64,000 nt of DNA from Felis catus (GCF_018350175.1 NC_058368.1:22198001-22262000); one strand, 5' to 3'. Shown: positions 45,851 through 59,530, counted from the first letter of the stretch. The notes: a model not told the origin generated them from the sequence alone. Program-made: numbers and translations.

Positions 45851-46755
45851 TTTTACACTTGGTATGTATAGTTTATATATATGCCGTATATGTACGTGCG
45901 TATGTCCTTATACACACACATATAGTTCAAAGGCTCACAAAAACCAGATTAAGTAGGTTTGAAATTTCAGAGTTGAGTATGATTACTTTTTAAAAAGTAT
46001 CTATAAGCCCTCTGTTCTCTTCCATGTTCTCAAGACTTGAAGAGGTGCTTTTTAAGTAAACATTAAAATATTTTTAGGCCAAGTAAACTGTCTGTGCTTT
46101 CTTTAAGTGACTTATCTGTGAATTCATGAATATATACTTGTAATGAAGAACTCCACATTTATCAAACAAGAAGTTTCTTTTTTTCATGCATATTCTTTCA
46201 TCCAGTTTTTGTCTGCTAAGCCCCTCCAGTTATTCATCATAATCCCACTTACCAAATAATTAAGACAAATGAGGAGGTAGAAATATAGCACTAGATTGCT
46301 TTCACAGCATCAGACTTTAACATTTTTTTTTTTATAGCATGTTAGTGTAAATTTTCATCATTTTGAATTTTTCACTAGGTAATATCTTTAAAACAAACAG
46401 ATCAGGTTGTCACTGTTACACTCATGCTGACTGGTCAATATACCAATTATATATTGTTGCCTCTTAGAAAATATGTTTTACAAGAAGGCATGTAAAAAAA
46501 AAAAAAGAAAAAAGAAAAAAAAGGAAAGAAAAAAGTCCCAACCAAAAAACCAAAAATTGCTATTTCTGTGGCTTGCATTCTAATAAGGTGCCAGCCTCTA
46601 CCTAATGATATAAGCATTGAAAATGGCAAAAAATGATGTATTATAGTCTCAATGCCAGTGCTAAATGCCACTGTTTTTGTAAAAGCAATACAGAAATAAT
46701 TTTAGTACATGACAAAATAAAATGTAATACAGTATTAAAAAATAAAGTTATATTT

Positions 46756-47070
46756 TCACTTGATTACAAAGTACTGAATGATAAAGGCAATCAAAATGGA
46801 AAAGAAAGCAAACAGCACGAGGATGACTGCGGCACATTGCTCATCACTCAGCGCCCGCCGGGTCCTCGTGCTCTCCACAGTGTCTCTGTCGGTGCTGGCT
46901 GGTGGGTCAGTCCTCTGAGAGGTGAAGAGCACTGTTGTGCTGTAGGGACCTACTAGGTCCTGATGCCCCACAGGGTCTTGGCACTGGCGAATGGCACACA
47001 CACGGAAACGATATTCACAGTTCAGCTGAAGGCTTGAATACCGGAATGAAGAGTCGGGACCTTTGTAAAT
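46756..47070 (-). CDS. FNDC3A: FNDC3A last coding exon: end of the final FN3 repeat and C-terminal tail-anchor transmembrane segment
   Basis: acag|ATTTACAAAGGT; IYKGPDSSFRYSSLQLNCEYRFRVCAIR...AAVILVLFAFFSILIAFIIQYFVIK*; TGA at 46756-46758. Confidence 0.97.
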   Translation of the reverse strand: MYKGPDSSFRYSSLQLNCEYRFRVCAIRQCQDPVGHQDLVGPYSTTVLFTSQRTDPPASTDRDTVESTRTRRALSDEQCAAVILVLFAFFSILIAFIIQYFVIK

Positions 47071-47880
47071 CTGTTAATAAGATGGTAAAGAAGGATTATG
47101 TGTGAAGGCTAGGCAGAAAACCCATTTTACAACTGGCTAGTTTTAGAAGTATTTCTGACATGAAAGCTAGTGAAATGCCACTCCTTTGAACTTTTTAATG
47201 ACATTTAAAAAATACCTAACTTTACATTAAAGAGCTTATCCACCGTTTAAGGGCAAGAGAAACTGGAAAAGTGAGGATGTGACATCCATCCTCACAGAAC
47301 TTACAGACCAGTTAAGGAGAGATTTGCCTCCAAAGTAGCTACAGAACAAGCTAATTCAGCCCACAGGCATTTCCCCAGTTTCTTCAACTGTAAGAAGTCA
47401 AACTTTTGTGAAACCATTCCATGAAAGGAGAAACCATGCTCCTTCATTAGATCTTTGCAAAAGTGGTTTCTGTCAATTTCAAACATTTGCTGAAATGATG
47501 AATGAATGAATAAGGGGAACTTTCTATAGGTGTCTATGGCAAATTATTTCATAAACTTTAAGAAATCACTTACAAACACAGAATTGGATGTTAAAACTCA
47601 ACTCCTCTGACCATCCCTTAGAAAGGAAAGAACAAGAATAGAATGCCATGGATTTTCAAGAGTGTGCTAATGATTCAGAGTGTTATCTACTGGAACTGAT
47701 CACCCCTGGGTCCAAGCACTGTTTTGCTACTTCACACTCTATGTGATCTTAGACCAGTTACCTTAGTACAGTAAGCATATTATTATCTTGTATGGTAATT
47801 ATAAGAATGAAACAAGTATTTGTGAAAGCACTTAGCACAGTGCCCAGCACATAGCACATGTTCAATATATGGAAACTATC

Positions 47881-48050
47881 GGGGGTCCCTGGGTGGCTCA
47901 GTTGGTTAAGCATCTGACTTCAGCTCAGCTCAGGTCAGAATAGAATCTCACAGCTCGTGAGTTGGAGCCCTGTGTCAGGCATTCTTTCTGCCCCTCCCCT
48001 GCTTGCATTCTGTCTCTCTCAAAAATAAATACGCATTAAAAAAAAAAAAA
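47881..48050 (+). mobile_element. CanSINE, TSD atatggaa(a/g)ctatc
   Basis: Head, tail, TSD; sits within a MIR remnant. Confidence 0.88.
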
Positions 48051-48819
48051 CTATATGGAAGCTATCATTTCTACTAATGAGTTCCTTCCCTCATTCTATC
48101 AATGAGAAAACCAAGGCTCATTAGTGACTGCCCAACTGAGTTTTTCCAGCTAGTTGGTGGGCTGTAAGTTGGATCAACCCAAACCTGAGGTAGCATTCTT
48201 TCAAGCAATTTTAGCTGCCTCATTGGTATCTATGTTGTAAATCTAATTTTTACGTATTGATTTGCTTCCAAAGGAGCAAGGTAAGAGCTTTGTCTCATTT
48301 TGTGTCTTTGGAATCCAGCACGTAATAGGTAAAGGACGCTAGATTAGTGAATTATTGACCATGTATACATCAAAATGTATCAGTGGATGCTGCGAATATA
48401 TAAAGGAGCTTTTACTGAAGGAAGTAAGACTTAGATGATGAAGCAAAGAAAATGATAAATATACATTAGTTCTGAGGATGCAGATGAGCAATACAAGGGG
48501 TGTAAATGTAGTAATGTTCATGTCTGGACTGTGGTAAAAGGAGTAACGTCAGTAAATCAGAAGACAGTATTAGAAAGCAGTGTCAAAAAGTACACATACG
48601 ATGAGCCCAAAATAGTAAAAATAAAAAATATGTATTTGTCATATGTATATAATGGGTGGCATTTATTTCTCTTTAAAATTTTCTTTACTTTCCATTTGTC
48701 TCTAAATGGGCATGGTAACATAGTTACAGGAAAAAATTCAACACATGGTATGAGGGTGATAGGTGAAGAGATTTGACAGACAGGAGGAATATGTTCAGAA
48801 CACTAGTTGGAAACTGTGG

Positions 48820-48820
48820 C

Positions 48821-48868
<48 letters not shown>
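48820..48868. repeat. (ATCT)~12 tetranucleotide STR
   Basis: Direct reading. Confidence 0.97.
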
Positions 48869-49944
48869 GATATTTAAACAGTGTTTGAGGACTCTTAATC
48901 ATAAAGCTGAATGAGGGATTGAAGGAGCTGGGCAGGATAGGGGCTCTTGTATGGAAAACACAGGGATATGAGGTGTTAGTATAGTTTTTATGGATCACTT
49001 TTAGAAATGATTTTTATTTGAATAAGTTGGCAGGCAAAAAAAAAATTCTTTCAAGGGTTCAAAAAAGCTTGGGGACCAAAACTATGTTAGTATTTTTGAC
49101 AATGATGAAGTGAAGAGTTTGGAGAGGAGAGATTGGGAGGAAAGATAATGAGGTCAAGTTTTCAATTTTGTGTTTCAGATGTTAGAAGGATATCTAAACA
49201 AAGAGCCATCTTATAGGTGACTGCAGATACAGGACTGAAGAAAACAGATAAACTTGCTAAAGCTAATTTATAAAAATGTTCATATATCTAAGACTGAAGC
49301 TTGAGATAAGGAGGGTTAGTTAGGTCTGAGACTGAGAAATAAAAATTACGATGAAAAACACCATTTCCAGTCCCCCAGTTCCTACTGACAAGGGAAGATT
49401 GTTGTGATCTTAGTAAACAGAAAAGGGCAAGTAAAACTCAAAAATTCGTAATTTTTGGCCTGTAGCTATTACTCACAGATGACTTATAATTACATATAGT
49501 TAAAATAAAACAAAAAAAGAGTTCTTTATATTTGCTATCAATAAACTATCCATTTTATAGGATAAGTATGGCAAATATTAATGCAGATTTACAGTTAAAA
49601 TGGCAGGTAAGAGATTATGGTTTTCACTTTGCATTTTAATTGAGAAATGCATACTAAATTTAAGCTTATGATGTTTGTGCATGTTTAGCTGGCTAAGAAC
49701 TTATGCCAATTGCAACAGAATTTTACAGGAAAATTTTTAAAGAATGTTTAGGTTTTCATAAATTGGTATTTGTCCTTATTTTAGCTTTGTGAATATGTCA
49801 CAGCATGAAGAAAATAACAACTGTAGAACAGGGACCAATAAAAATGAAACCAGTTTCTCTCCATATCTACATTCTAAAAGCCTATTTGGTTGGCTAGATG
49901 AATTCACCAAGTACTCATACAAAAATATAAAATAGTCCTTTGTT

Positions 49945-50157
49945 ATTTTTTTAATTTTTTAATGTTTATTTTTGAGACAGGAGAGACAGAGCATAGCAGG
50001 GGAGGGGCAGAGAGAGAGGGAGACACAGAATCTGAAGCAGGCTCCATGCTCTGAGCTGTTAGTACAGACCCTGACGCGCGGCTCGAACTCACAAGCTGTG
50101 AGATCATGACCTGGGCCAAAGTCGGACGCTCAACCAACTAAGCCACCCAGGTACCCC
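49945..50157 (-). mobile_element. CanSINE, TSD agtcctttgttat
   Basis: Reverse-complement consensus and TSD. Confidence 0.93.
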
Positions 50158-52799
50158 AGTCCTTTGTTATCTTTTAAGGATGAGTGAACATTTTTACTAT
50201 CAAAGATAACCACTTCTGAAGTTATCATTATAAAGGAACAATCTGTTTAACTATTTCAACTTTTTGTGGATGTTACACATCCACAATCTGATTTTATCCT
50301 GAGTAATATGCACAGTATATATTATTTATAGCAGTTAGTATTAGACAATGATTTTAACAATACATTGTTTTTAGGCCAAGTACAGACTTGTTTAAACCTT
50401 TCCTTATGGTTATTACCCATCTGATTACATTTAAAAGTAATTATTCCTTATGACACATAGTAAGGCATCTGTTGCCATGTAATTTGTTACATATTGTCAT
50501 GTCACCCTCTGTAATCTGTGAATATACTATTGCAGATACTTATTTCGTAGTGATCAATACATAAAGAGAATAGTAAAAACCCCTTAAAACTAATGAATGT
50601 AGACAGCCACATAGCTCTTGTCTGTATCCTTCCCCTCTCTTATTGCTGAGGGAGTTATAAGTGAACTTGGAGATTCCAGAGCAGTTAAGTTTATTGTGCA
50701 TAAGTACCACTTAGAACTTAAACAAACAAACAACAACAAAAAAGGAAAACAATCACGGTCCCAGCTCTTATGACATTCAGGTTCATGAGGTCTGTATGCC
50801 ACTCTGAGGAGTTTTTGGGAATGTAAGTTCAGAAGTTAAAGAATAAAAGAAGTTGTACAGAATCCAACAGGCCACTGTCACAGCATCCATTCTCCCAACA
50901 CTACCAACATTTTTGATGGGGTATCAAACTCTCCCTTATCCAATCCATGTATTGGGAGAAGCTGGCCTCATTAACTCCAGAGCAGGCCTCTGGTTGGCTT
51001 AAACCCTGAAACAGTCATTCATTCAGGAATGGCTTTGCAATCTAAGTGCTTTCTTTTCCCTGAATGTGAATGAGGGACAGTAAGTTCCTTATGGCTACGG
51101 GCAGCCACTGAAGACTATGAGAAAAACCATGCCCCTGACAACTTCATTGAGCTTCTGAATCACAGAATCCTGAAGCCTGCTTACCTTCAGGCATCTCCCT
51201 CAGAGGATTTACACTTGATTGCACCAGTCTGAGTTGGTTTTCCTGGTACTTGCAACATAATGAGCTGTGACACAAAAGTGTCTTAGGTACAGACTCCCAG
51301 GTTGGTTGATCTGTTGTGAAAGTGACTCTATTTTCCCCCAGTATTTTTTACTTCATCTTTTATACTACTCAAAATGTCATTTTGGTAAAAGAGCACTTAC
51401 TTGCTTTTAAAAATGTATACACCTCTGAGGGGATTACAGAACCCGTAGATACTTGCCTTTGGTATGAATCTTCCCAAGCAAATAGTTTTTCTCCTAATGC
51501 CGCTAAGGTCAGCTACCCTGTGTATATGGGAGTTATGATGTGTGTCAGACATGGAGGCACGAGTCAGAGGGAGAGTGTATTGTAGAGAACGGGGCAGTTT
51601 TAGGTGAGGTCCTACAGAAAGGGGCACCGAGTAGCAAGAAGGCAGCAAAGGGTTTTCTTAAAGCTGATCAAAGAGGGATGAAGAAAGGGAAGAATACAAC
51701 AAAATCAATGTGTTTCTATTCTTCCCTTCTTTGTCCCAAACTTTTAAGTTTAGCCCAGCATCATAAGTACTTGCTGCCAGGCGAATTTGCTTCTAGACCC
51801 CCAATCCCAGCAATATTATAGGTTAAACAGATTTTTTATAGGCTCGTTTAGAAACTCAACCCGCAACTTATAAATAATAATCCCTTCTTAAAAACATCAG
51901 CTGTTCCTACTGCTGTGGAATAAGACCCACCAGGACCTGGCCTCTTTAGCCACATACTCCATTCTTGAGTCTTACTCAAGTCACACTTAAGTTCATGGTT
52001 CCTTCCTTCTAAGCTCACCAGTGCCGCCATGCCTCCTCTTACTTAAATGGCACTCCTTTTAGAAAATATTCCAGAAGTCCAGGTGGAATAAATCATTCCT
52101 TTTTGTAAAATAGGTTTTATCTTTATCATGACCTTTTATTTGTTTGGCTATGTAAAATGTCATGACTATAAAATTTTTGCTTGCTTGTTATGTTCTAAAC
52201 AACTTTCTTAAAATCAAAACAGTAACCTATTAATACCATAACCACCCCCCATAATTCTTTAAACATAGTATTTAATTCATACGTATTGATTATCAAATAA
52301 ATTTTATGTAAAATATTAAATTCCATGAATGAACCTGAATTCTTAAAAAACCCTTCAAACTTTTGGAGTATAACTTGCCAATCAACATTTAAGAGATTCA
52401 GATAAGCATATATATGATGATGTTCTAAGGAAATCAGTATTTTAAGTTTTATAGCATGCTTACAATCTAAAGTAAGTGAAAGTGATGACAGGATTGATTT
52501 AGCTTTTAAGTTAAATTAGAATTAGTATTGCTGTTTCATGTAGTGGTATGTTTATTAAAATTCATATACTACTCAAATCTGGGGTCCCTATTTCCTTTAA
52601 AAATATAATGCAATTACATTTTTGTAATATTAATTTTGCTTCCTCCTTGGAAGGAAACCTGCTTATCTGTAAATTATATTCAAATCTGATTATAATGTCA
52701 ATTGCAGATGGCTTAATAAAGAAAAATAATCATATGCCAAATTTAATCTGACTCTTTGTGGAGCCTTTTGTAATTTCACTTAAGAAACTGCACTTCTAA

Positions 52800-52999
52800 G
52801 GGCACGTGGGTAGCTCAGTCAATTAAGTGCTGGACTTCGGCCCAGGTCGTGATTTGAGCCCCACGTTGGGCTCTGTGCTGATAGCTCAGAGCCTGGCGCC
52901 TGCTTCAGATTCTGTGTCTCCCTTTCTCTCTCTGCCCCTCCCCTCTCTTTCTCTCTCAAAAATAAACATTAAAAAATAAAAATAAAAAAATAAAAAAAA
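52800..52999 (+). mobile_element. CanSINE, TSD aagaaa(c/t)tgcacttcta
   Basis: Head, tail, TSD. Confidence 0.92.
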
Positions 53000-53063
53000 G
53001 AAATTGCACTTCTATACTTACAACTTGAAAGAAAAAATTAGATTTATATTGAAAAAATATTAT

Positions 53064-53262
53064 GGGGTGCCTGGGTGGCTCAGTTGGTTAAGTGCCTGAC
53101 TCTTGATTTCAGTTCAGGTCATGATCTCAGGGTTTGTGAGTTTGAGCCCCACGTTGGGTTCTGCATTGACAGCATGGAGCCTACTTGGAATTCTCTCTCT
53201 GCCCCTCCGCTGCTCGTGCTCTTTCTCAAAATAAATAAAATAAACTTTAAAGAAAAAAAGAT
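53064..53262 (+). mobile_element. CanSINE
   Basis: Head and tail. Confidence 0.9.
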
Positions 53263-53684
53263 AAATATTCTATTACTAATAGCTATAACAGTATGAGACT
53301 GAAATAAAACTGATGAATGACTAATTTTCTAGTGGGAAAAGAAAATACAAGACACTCAAAAGAAAACAACCTCACTTTTAAGAGCACTAAAAATAAAGAA
53401 GGTTGACACAGAAAAGGGAGAATCAGATGCAGTGTTTATAGAAATTAGGCTTTTGAGTTGCATAAAAACAACTTCTTTATAAAAGTTACAGTGGAAAAAA
53501 AAAAAGTTACAGTGAACACTGGCAGCTTCCTACTTCATCTCATCGCTATTCATCATCTACCAGGAAGACATCTTTGAAATTTCTCAGCCATGTAGGTGAC
53601 ACTTCTGCTAGGCTTCCATAATGACTGAATATTGTCATATTTACAACACTGCATTATAATAATAATAACAGTAGTAGTAGTAAT

Positions 53685-53685
<1 letters not shown>

Positions 53686-53724
<39 letters not shown>
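53686..53724. repeat. (ATG)~13 trinucleotide repeat
   Basis: Direct reading. Confidence 0.95.
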
Positions 53725-54536
53725 CAGAAGCCTCCCTAATGTCCTCTGCTTCTACCTGTGTCCCATTCTAGCCAAAATGACCTCGTGACTGATAATGTGA
53801 CCACTCTGGTCAAAATCCTCCACTGGTTTCTCACTTTACATGGAGTGAAAGTCACAGTATGGCCTATAATGCCCTACGTGATCTTTATACCACTCACAGA
53901 CCCCCTTTACCATTAACTACTTGACTTCATCTATTATTTTTCCCATTGCTCACACAACCCCATATTGGCCTCCTTGTTCATTAAATTTAACAAGCATGTT
54001 TTTGCACACCTACTGCTTCCTCTTCTTGGAACACTGTTCTCCCCATATTCACCTCCTTTGGGTCTCTGTTCCATTGTCACCTGATTGCCCTGTATGAAAT
54101 AGTACTAGCTGTCTCTACCCGCAATGACAGCCTATTCCTGTTACCCAGTTTTATTTTTTCTCCACTGTACTTATCACTCTCTAAGATATACTGATATAGA
54201 TTATATCTAAGATACGTTTGCTTTTAGTACCTCTTTTTCTACTGAATGTAAGCTCCACAGAGGCAAGAACTTTTTGTACAGCGTTATATATCCTGAGTGC
54301 CTGGCATACAGTTAAATACATTCTTGCCAAATCAATGAATAATCTGTTAAATATATAGTTCACACTTAAAATATTCTGAATCCTGAGATACTGTGTAGTT
54401 ATAATCTTTGGAACATGGTAAGTACTAAATAAATGTTTTTAAATTAGAAGATAAAGACAGTCAAATCTTGCATTGCCAAGTGCATTAAAATGAGAAATAA
54501 AAATAAGTATCCACAGAATTACATTTTAGCACATAC

Positions 54537-54664
54537 CTGTTTAAATTCTGAATCTTTTCCCAACATAACTTGAAGACTGTAAATAACTGGATCACCTTTC
54601 ATTGGCTGTAAACACTCCCATGTAAGTTCACAAATGTGATCATTTACTTTCTCTATTTTGGGAG
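54537..54664 (-). CDS. FNDC3A: FNDC3A penultimate exon, 128 nt
   Basis: acag|CTCCC...AAACAG|gtatgt; (A)PKIEKVNDHICELTWECLQPMKGDPVIYSLQVMLGKDSEFKQ. Confidence 0.95.
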
Positions 54665-55356
54665 CTGTAGAGAACAAATACAAATAAAATCTACTCTACT
54701 TGATTTTTAATTTGGCACATCACACAGACACTTGTTTTAATCAAAATCAACAAACATTTAAAACCCAGTTATATACTTGAAATAAATATCAATGAATTTT
54801 TGAAATTTGCAGAGAAATGGTTAATGTTCCATCCTTATTGTCTCCAGGCCGTATAATCTACGGGTGCCACAATGGCCAGACTGACTAAAGGATCTGTCAA
54901 GGGAAGCACTGTTTTCATTGAGCTAAAAGGCCAATAGAGAGGTTATGGCAATTCTAAAACAATGTCAATGATGCTTCTAAGGGCATAACTAGAACATGAC
55001 ATTTTGTAATTTAAGAAATCTCCTAAGAGGGTAAGTTGAAAAATGCTCCTAGCTGCTTGACATAAGACTGTTTCACTCCATGTTGGGATACAGAGGGTTA
55101 AAATCAGCAATCTTCTTAAGGTTAGTACACACTAAACTGGATGAGAGAACAGAAAAATGACTCAGTAAAACTCCATCAACATTATTAGAAAGTTTGTCAA
55201 GAACAGTCCTGCTGACTATGGATCTGCTTAATAAATGACATATTTCAAGTACATGATCCAGGAAACTGTACTAGAAATCTGTGTGATTTGTCCTCTGTGT
55301 GAGGAATGTTAGCGATTTTGGCTAAATACACAAAGTGTAATCCTTGCCAGGGTCAT

Positions 55357-55569
55357 TTTATTTTTTAAAGGTTTATTTTGAGAGAGAGAGAGAGACAGAA
55401 TATGAATGAGCAAGCAGGGGAGGGGCAGACAGAGGGAGAGAGAAAACCATGCAGGCTCCATGCTGTCAGTGCAGAGCCGGAGACTGGGCTTGATCCCACA
55501 AATGGTGAGATCGTGACCTGAGCTGAAATCGAGTTGGATGCTCAACTGACGGAGTCACCCAGACGCCCC
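55357..55569 (-). mobile_element. CanSINE
   Basis: TSD cagggtc(a/g)tttta. Confidence 0.9.
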
Positions 55570-55602
55570 AGTCAGGGTCGTTTTAAAATAAGAACCCTTC
55601 TA

Positions 55603-55757
55603 GGGGTGCCTGGGTGGCTTAGTCAGTTGAGTGTCTGACTCTTGATTTCAGCTCAGGTCATGATCCCAGGGTCATAGGATCAACCACCCCCCTGTTGAAC
55701 TCTGCACTGAGTGTGGAACCTGCTTAAGATCCTCTCCCCTGCTCGCTCGCTCTCTCT

Positions 55758-55790
<33 letters not shown>
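55603..55790 (+). mobile_element. CanSINE with long pure A-tail
   Basis: TSD aagaaccc(t/a)tcta. Confidence 0.9.
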
Positions 55791-55795
<5 letters not shown>

Positions 55796-55876
55796 CCATC
55801 TAAAAATTAATTTTAAAGATATTTGTACATACAACTGAAAGTGTGTAAATTAAGATTTAAAAGTTCAAGTTAACTA

Positions 55877-56077
55877 GGGGCACCTGGGTGGCTCAGTCAG
55901 TTGAGTGTCCGACTTCAGCTCAGGTCGTGATCTTGCAGTTTATGGGTTCAAGCTCTGTATCGAGCTCTGTGCCAACAGCTTGGAGCCTGCTTCAGATTCT
56001 GTGTTTCCCTCTCACTCTTTACCCTTCTCCTGCTTGTGCTGTCTCTCTCTCAAAAATGAATAAGCATTAAAAAAATA
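55877..56077 (+). mobile_element. CanSINE
   Basis: TSD ttcaa(g/t)ttaacta. Confidence 0.9.
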
Positions 56078-56194
56078 ATTCAATTTAACTAAGAATGTAT
56101 TTATGTTGTGCTTAACAGACAACCTGGCTCTCTCCCCGAAATATGAATGAATGAAACAGTAACAACTCAAAACAATTTGAGTTTGTGATTTTTC

Positions 56195-56222
56195 TTTAAA
56201 AAATTTTTGTTTTAATATTTTT

Positions 56223-56271
<49 letters not shown>

Positions 56272-56445
56272 TGCACAAGTGGTAGAGGGGCAGAGAGAGA
56301 AGGAGACACAGAATCTGAAGTAGGCTCTAGGCTGCAAGTTGTTGGCACAGAGCCTGATGCGGGGCTTGAACTCACGAGTTGTGAGATCTCGACCAGAGCT
56401 GAAGTCGGACACTTAACCGACTCGACTGAGCCACCCAGGTGCCCC
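56195..56445 (-). mobile_element. CanSINE with (GA)n
   Basis: TSD tgtga(t/c)ttttct. Confidence 0.9.
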
Positions 56446-56768
56446 TGTGACTTTTCTCCTTAGTAACAACAGCAGAAACATTAAATGACCCTATTAGAAA
56501 ACCAGTATATCTATTCAGTTTAGTATTTTTATGCTAGATTATTAAAAATAGTGACAAAACCCAGTGCTCATCTGAGTATCAATGTGCTAGATAAAAGAGC
56601 TTCTATTTTGAGTAAAACTCTCAGTAGATAGGCTTGTCTATATAATTTCTTTTTTATAATTTATGTTGGACACATATTGGACAATAAATTGTAATAATAG
56701 CACATAAAATTGTTTATGAACATCCATTTAAAATTTATTACTAAAAAAAATAATGATGTATAACTTAC

Positions 56769-56935
56769 CTTTCAAGGCAGCTGGGACAGATTTTGGAGTA
56801 GTAAAAATATATTCTTGAGAGAGAGGACCTTCCCCTGCTTCATTACAAGCTTGAATACAGAATTTATAGGATGTTGACTCATTAAGTCTTTGTACTTTGT
56901 ATGTATGACATGGACCTCTATATAAGGATACAAAC
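56769..56935 (-). CDS. FNDC3A: FNDC3A internal coding exon, 167 nt
   Basis: ttag|GTTTGTA...AAAG|gtaagt; FVSLYRGPCHTYKVQRLNESTSYKFCIQACNEAGEGPLSQEYIFTTPKSVPAALK. Confidence 0.95.
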
Positions 56936-59217
56936 CTAAAATGGAAATGACTCTTATTAAAAATAAACCTTGACTACACTACAAAAAATTTTTAAAAACT
57001 ACTAAAAAAGTAGAGCTGGGACACTATTCAGAAGTATAAATTGCTCCTAGACATTAATGTCACTCCAAATAAATATTTTTTTCATCAAATGATGAAAATC
57101 ATAGGATTGGTAAATTTCCTAATTTTGACATGGTTTCCTGAAAATTTATTGTTAAGTTTTATATCCAATCATTGTTAACTTTTCAGGCTTCTGGTACAGT
57201 TTCGTTTCTGATTGCCATTTTTTAAAGATACATTTTTAAAGATACTCAGAACATGACAATTTTCATTACAGTCTTAGGCATATAATTTATTATAAAAAAG
57301 AAAATCTTCAATTTCCAGGTATAATTTTAGATGACTGGTGATGTTTTCTAGAGATTTATATAGCAGTATGAAAGAATATAAAATTAGCCATAAATTATCC
57401 ACCTGAACTGTTTGATGGGAAAGTTTAACATCATATATGTCACCTATAAGTTCAATGTTCCCCAATATTTTTGATTGGCTGTTTGAAAATTTTTGGAAAT
57501 TGGGGAATGAATAATGGAATGCTCACATAGTTCTAAAGAGTCTGAAAACTGCAGTCAAGGTTAAAAATGAAGAAATAGTTAATGACCTGAAGTAACAGTA
57601 TTTCTAAGAAGCAGTAATTAGATAAGCCTGGCCTTTTTAGTCTCCCAATTTTTTTTTAAAGGATAGGGGAAAAAAAAGAGTTGCAACCACTATTGGAAAA
57701 GTGAAACAATGATAAAACCTGTAGTCAGGAAACAGCTGAAATAGCATTCTGATATTATCCCACAGCAAATGTAAGTAGTTGTGAGAAATCAAAGGTAAAG
57801 AGTATAACTAAAGATATTAAATTGATTTAATTTATTAAATTTATATAGTAAACTTACAACACCATAAAAGGTTTCTTAAATATATTTTCCACAGCCAGCA
57901 GCCATATTCACACCCTACAACTCTCCAGATGCTAAATATTAACTAAGCTTAACATTCTGTAATAGAATACAGCCTAATAATAATGGAAATCTTTATTCTA
58001 CTCCATTTCCAACAAACATTAATTAGATCCATTTCCAGGAAACCTTCTTGCATTACCCTAATGCAATGTAAATGCTAGAAAGGGGATGAAACTAATTTAA
58101 AGAATTCATCCAATGATAATAACATACATTAAAGATAAATGGCTACACAGAAAATCTGTGGCAAAGAACCTCCTTCTAGAGATAGGGCTTTACAAATGTA
58201 CATAAAATTCTGCCAAGAACAAAGGCTGACTAACATTCATAGAGGCACAGAAAATGATCAGTACTGTTTGCTTTGTGTAATGCTCTTACTGGATATATAG
58301 TATGTTTAATTCTGTATGTTATTTTAAATGTAGAAGTCTTTCTGAGAGTACTTATGTACAATTACCATGAATATTCCATTACTGAATGTCTGATTAAGAT
58401 ACAAACACGTACAATACAAAAAACAAAGTGGGAAAACCTTGGGAAAAACTACTTCTAGTGCTCTGAATCCATCAGGTATGCAAATTGTTTCTTATAAACT
58501 GAGTGAAAAGCAAAATTTGAATTCTTAAAATATTACAGTAACACCTTTGGAGGATATATGGCATTATTTACATGGGATATAATGTCAGTAAACAGCCTCA
58601 GATTTGCATTTGAATAATTTATACTACAAATATTTTGAGTAACATTATAATTCAAATGCATGATTTAGTAGGACAGTATATGGCATGGATATAATGAAAA
58701 TATAAAGGATGGCAGCATAGACAAGAACCTGAGTAGCGAGGGGACAGGCTAATAATCTGAGTCTAACCAAGATCTGACACTGAGGAAATGAACTGTACTG
58801 ACTCAGTGTGAAGGTCCTGTGACGGGTGCGGAAGAAAGTGAGACATAACCTGTGCTCGCAAAGATCTCAGAGGCCTTACACCAATTAATCATGTACTGTT
58901 AAAACTGCCTCTGCTGGAAATAAGTGTTGAAGAGCTGGTTTTGTAGCAAAGATTATGTTTCTTTTACATGAAAGAGTAAATGGGTTAGAGAGCCAAAGAA
59001 TAGCCAATTTAATTTTTCTCTCAGCATCCCGCTCACAAGCTACAAACGGGAAATCATTGTATCTTCTGGTGTTTTGAAAATAGCACACTTAAAATTATCT
59101 CTTACGAAAATTCTAACCTTGTTTTTGAAAATTTATTTTGTTTACCTCTACTTTTTATTGAAGTTTATACACTTAAGACCTAAGAAACTATATGAAGAAC
59201 CAATTACAAACACCTAC

Positions 59218-59430
59218 CTTCCATTCTTGTCCTCCATCTGAAGGTGGTACTGAATAGAATCTGTTGACAGTGATTTTGGGGTTCCTTCTCCCCACTTCAG
59301 CTTAAGGTTCTGGTGGCTGAAGGCAACACATTCCAGACGAGGTGGGTCAGGAGGGAGGGGCTTAGTTTTTAATTTTATCATGTGGCTGAAAGGACCAGCT
59401 CCAAGGCTATTCAAGGCTTGAATCCGTATT
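59218..59430 (-). CDS. FNDC3A: FNDC3A internal coding exon, 213 nt
   Basis: ttag|AATACGG...GGAAG|gtaggt; IRIQALNSLGAGPFSHMIKLKTKPLPPDPPRLEC...MEDKNG(R). Confidence 0.95.
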
Positions 59431-59530
59431 CTAAGTGCCACATTAAGGAAAAAAAAAATTCGGTTATGATTATTCTATTTAGAGTTTCTCTCTGGTCTAG
59501 GCAAAAATTAACATAGTTTTTAGAGTGTAC

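Larger units (their letters stand above)
44520..46755 (-). other. FNDC3A: FNDC3A 3'UTR (~2.2 kb, AU-rich, free of interspersed repeats)
   Basis: Follows the stop codon; no SINEs or LINEs visible; ends near an AATAAA; 3' end approximate. Confidence 0.75.
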
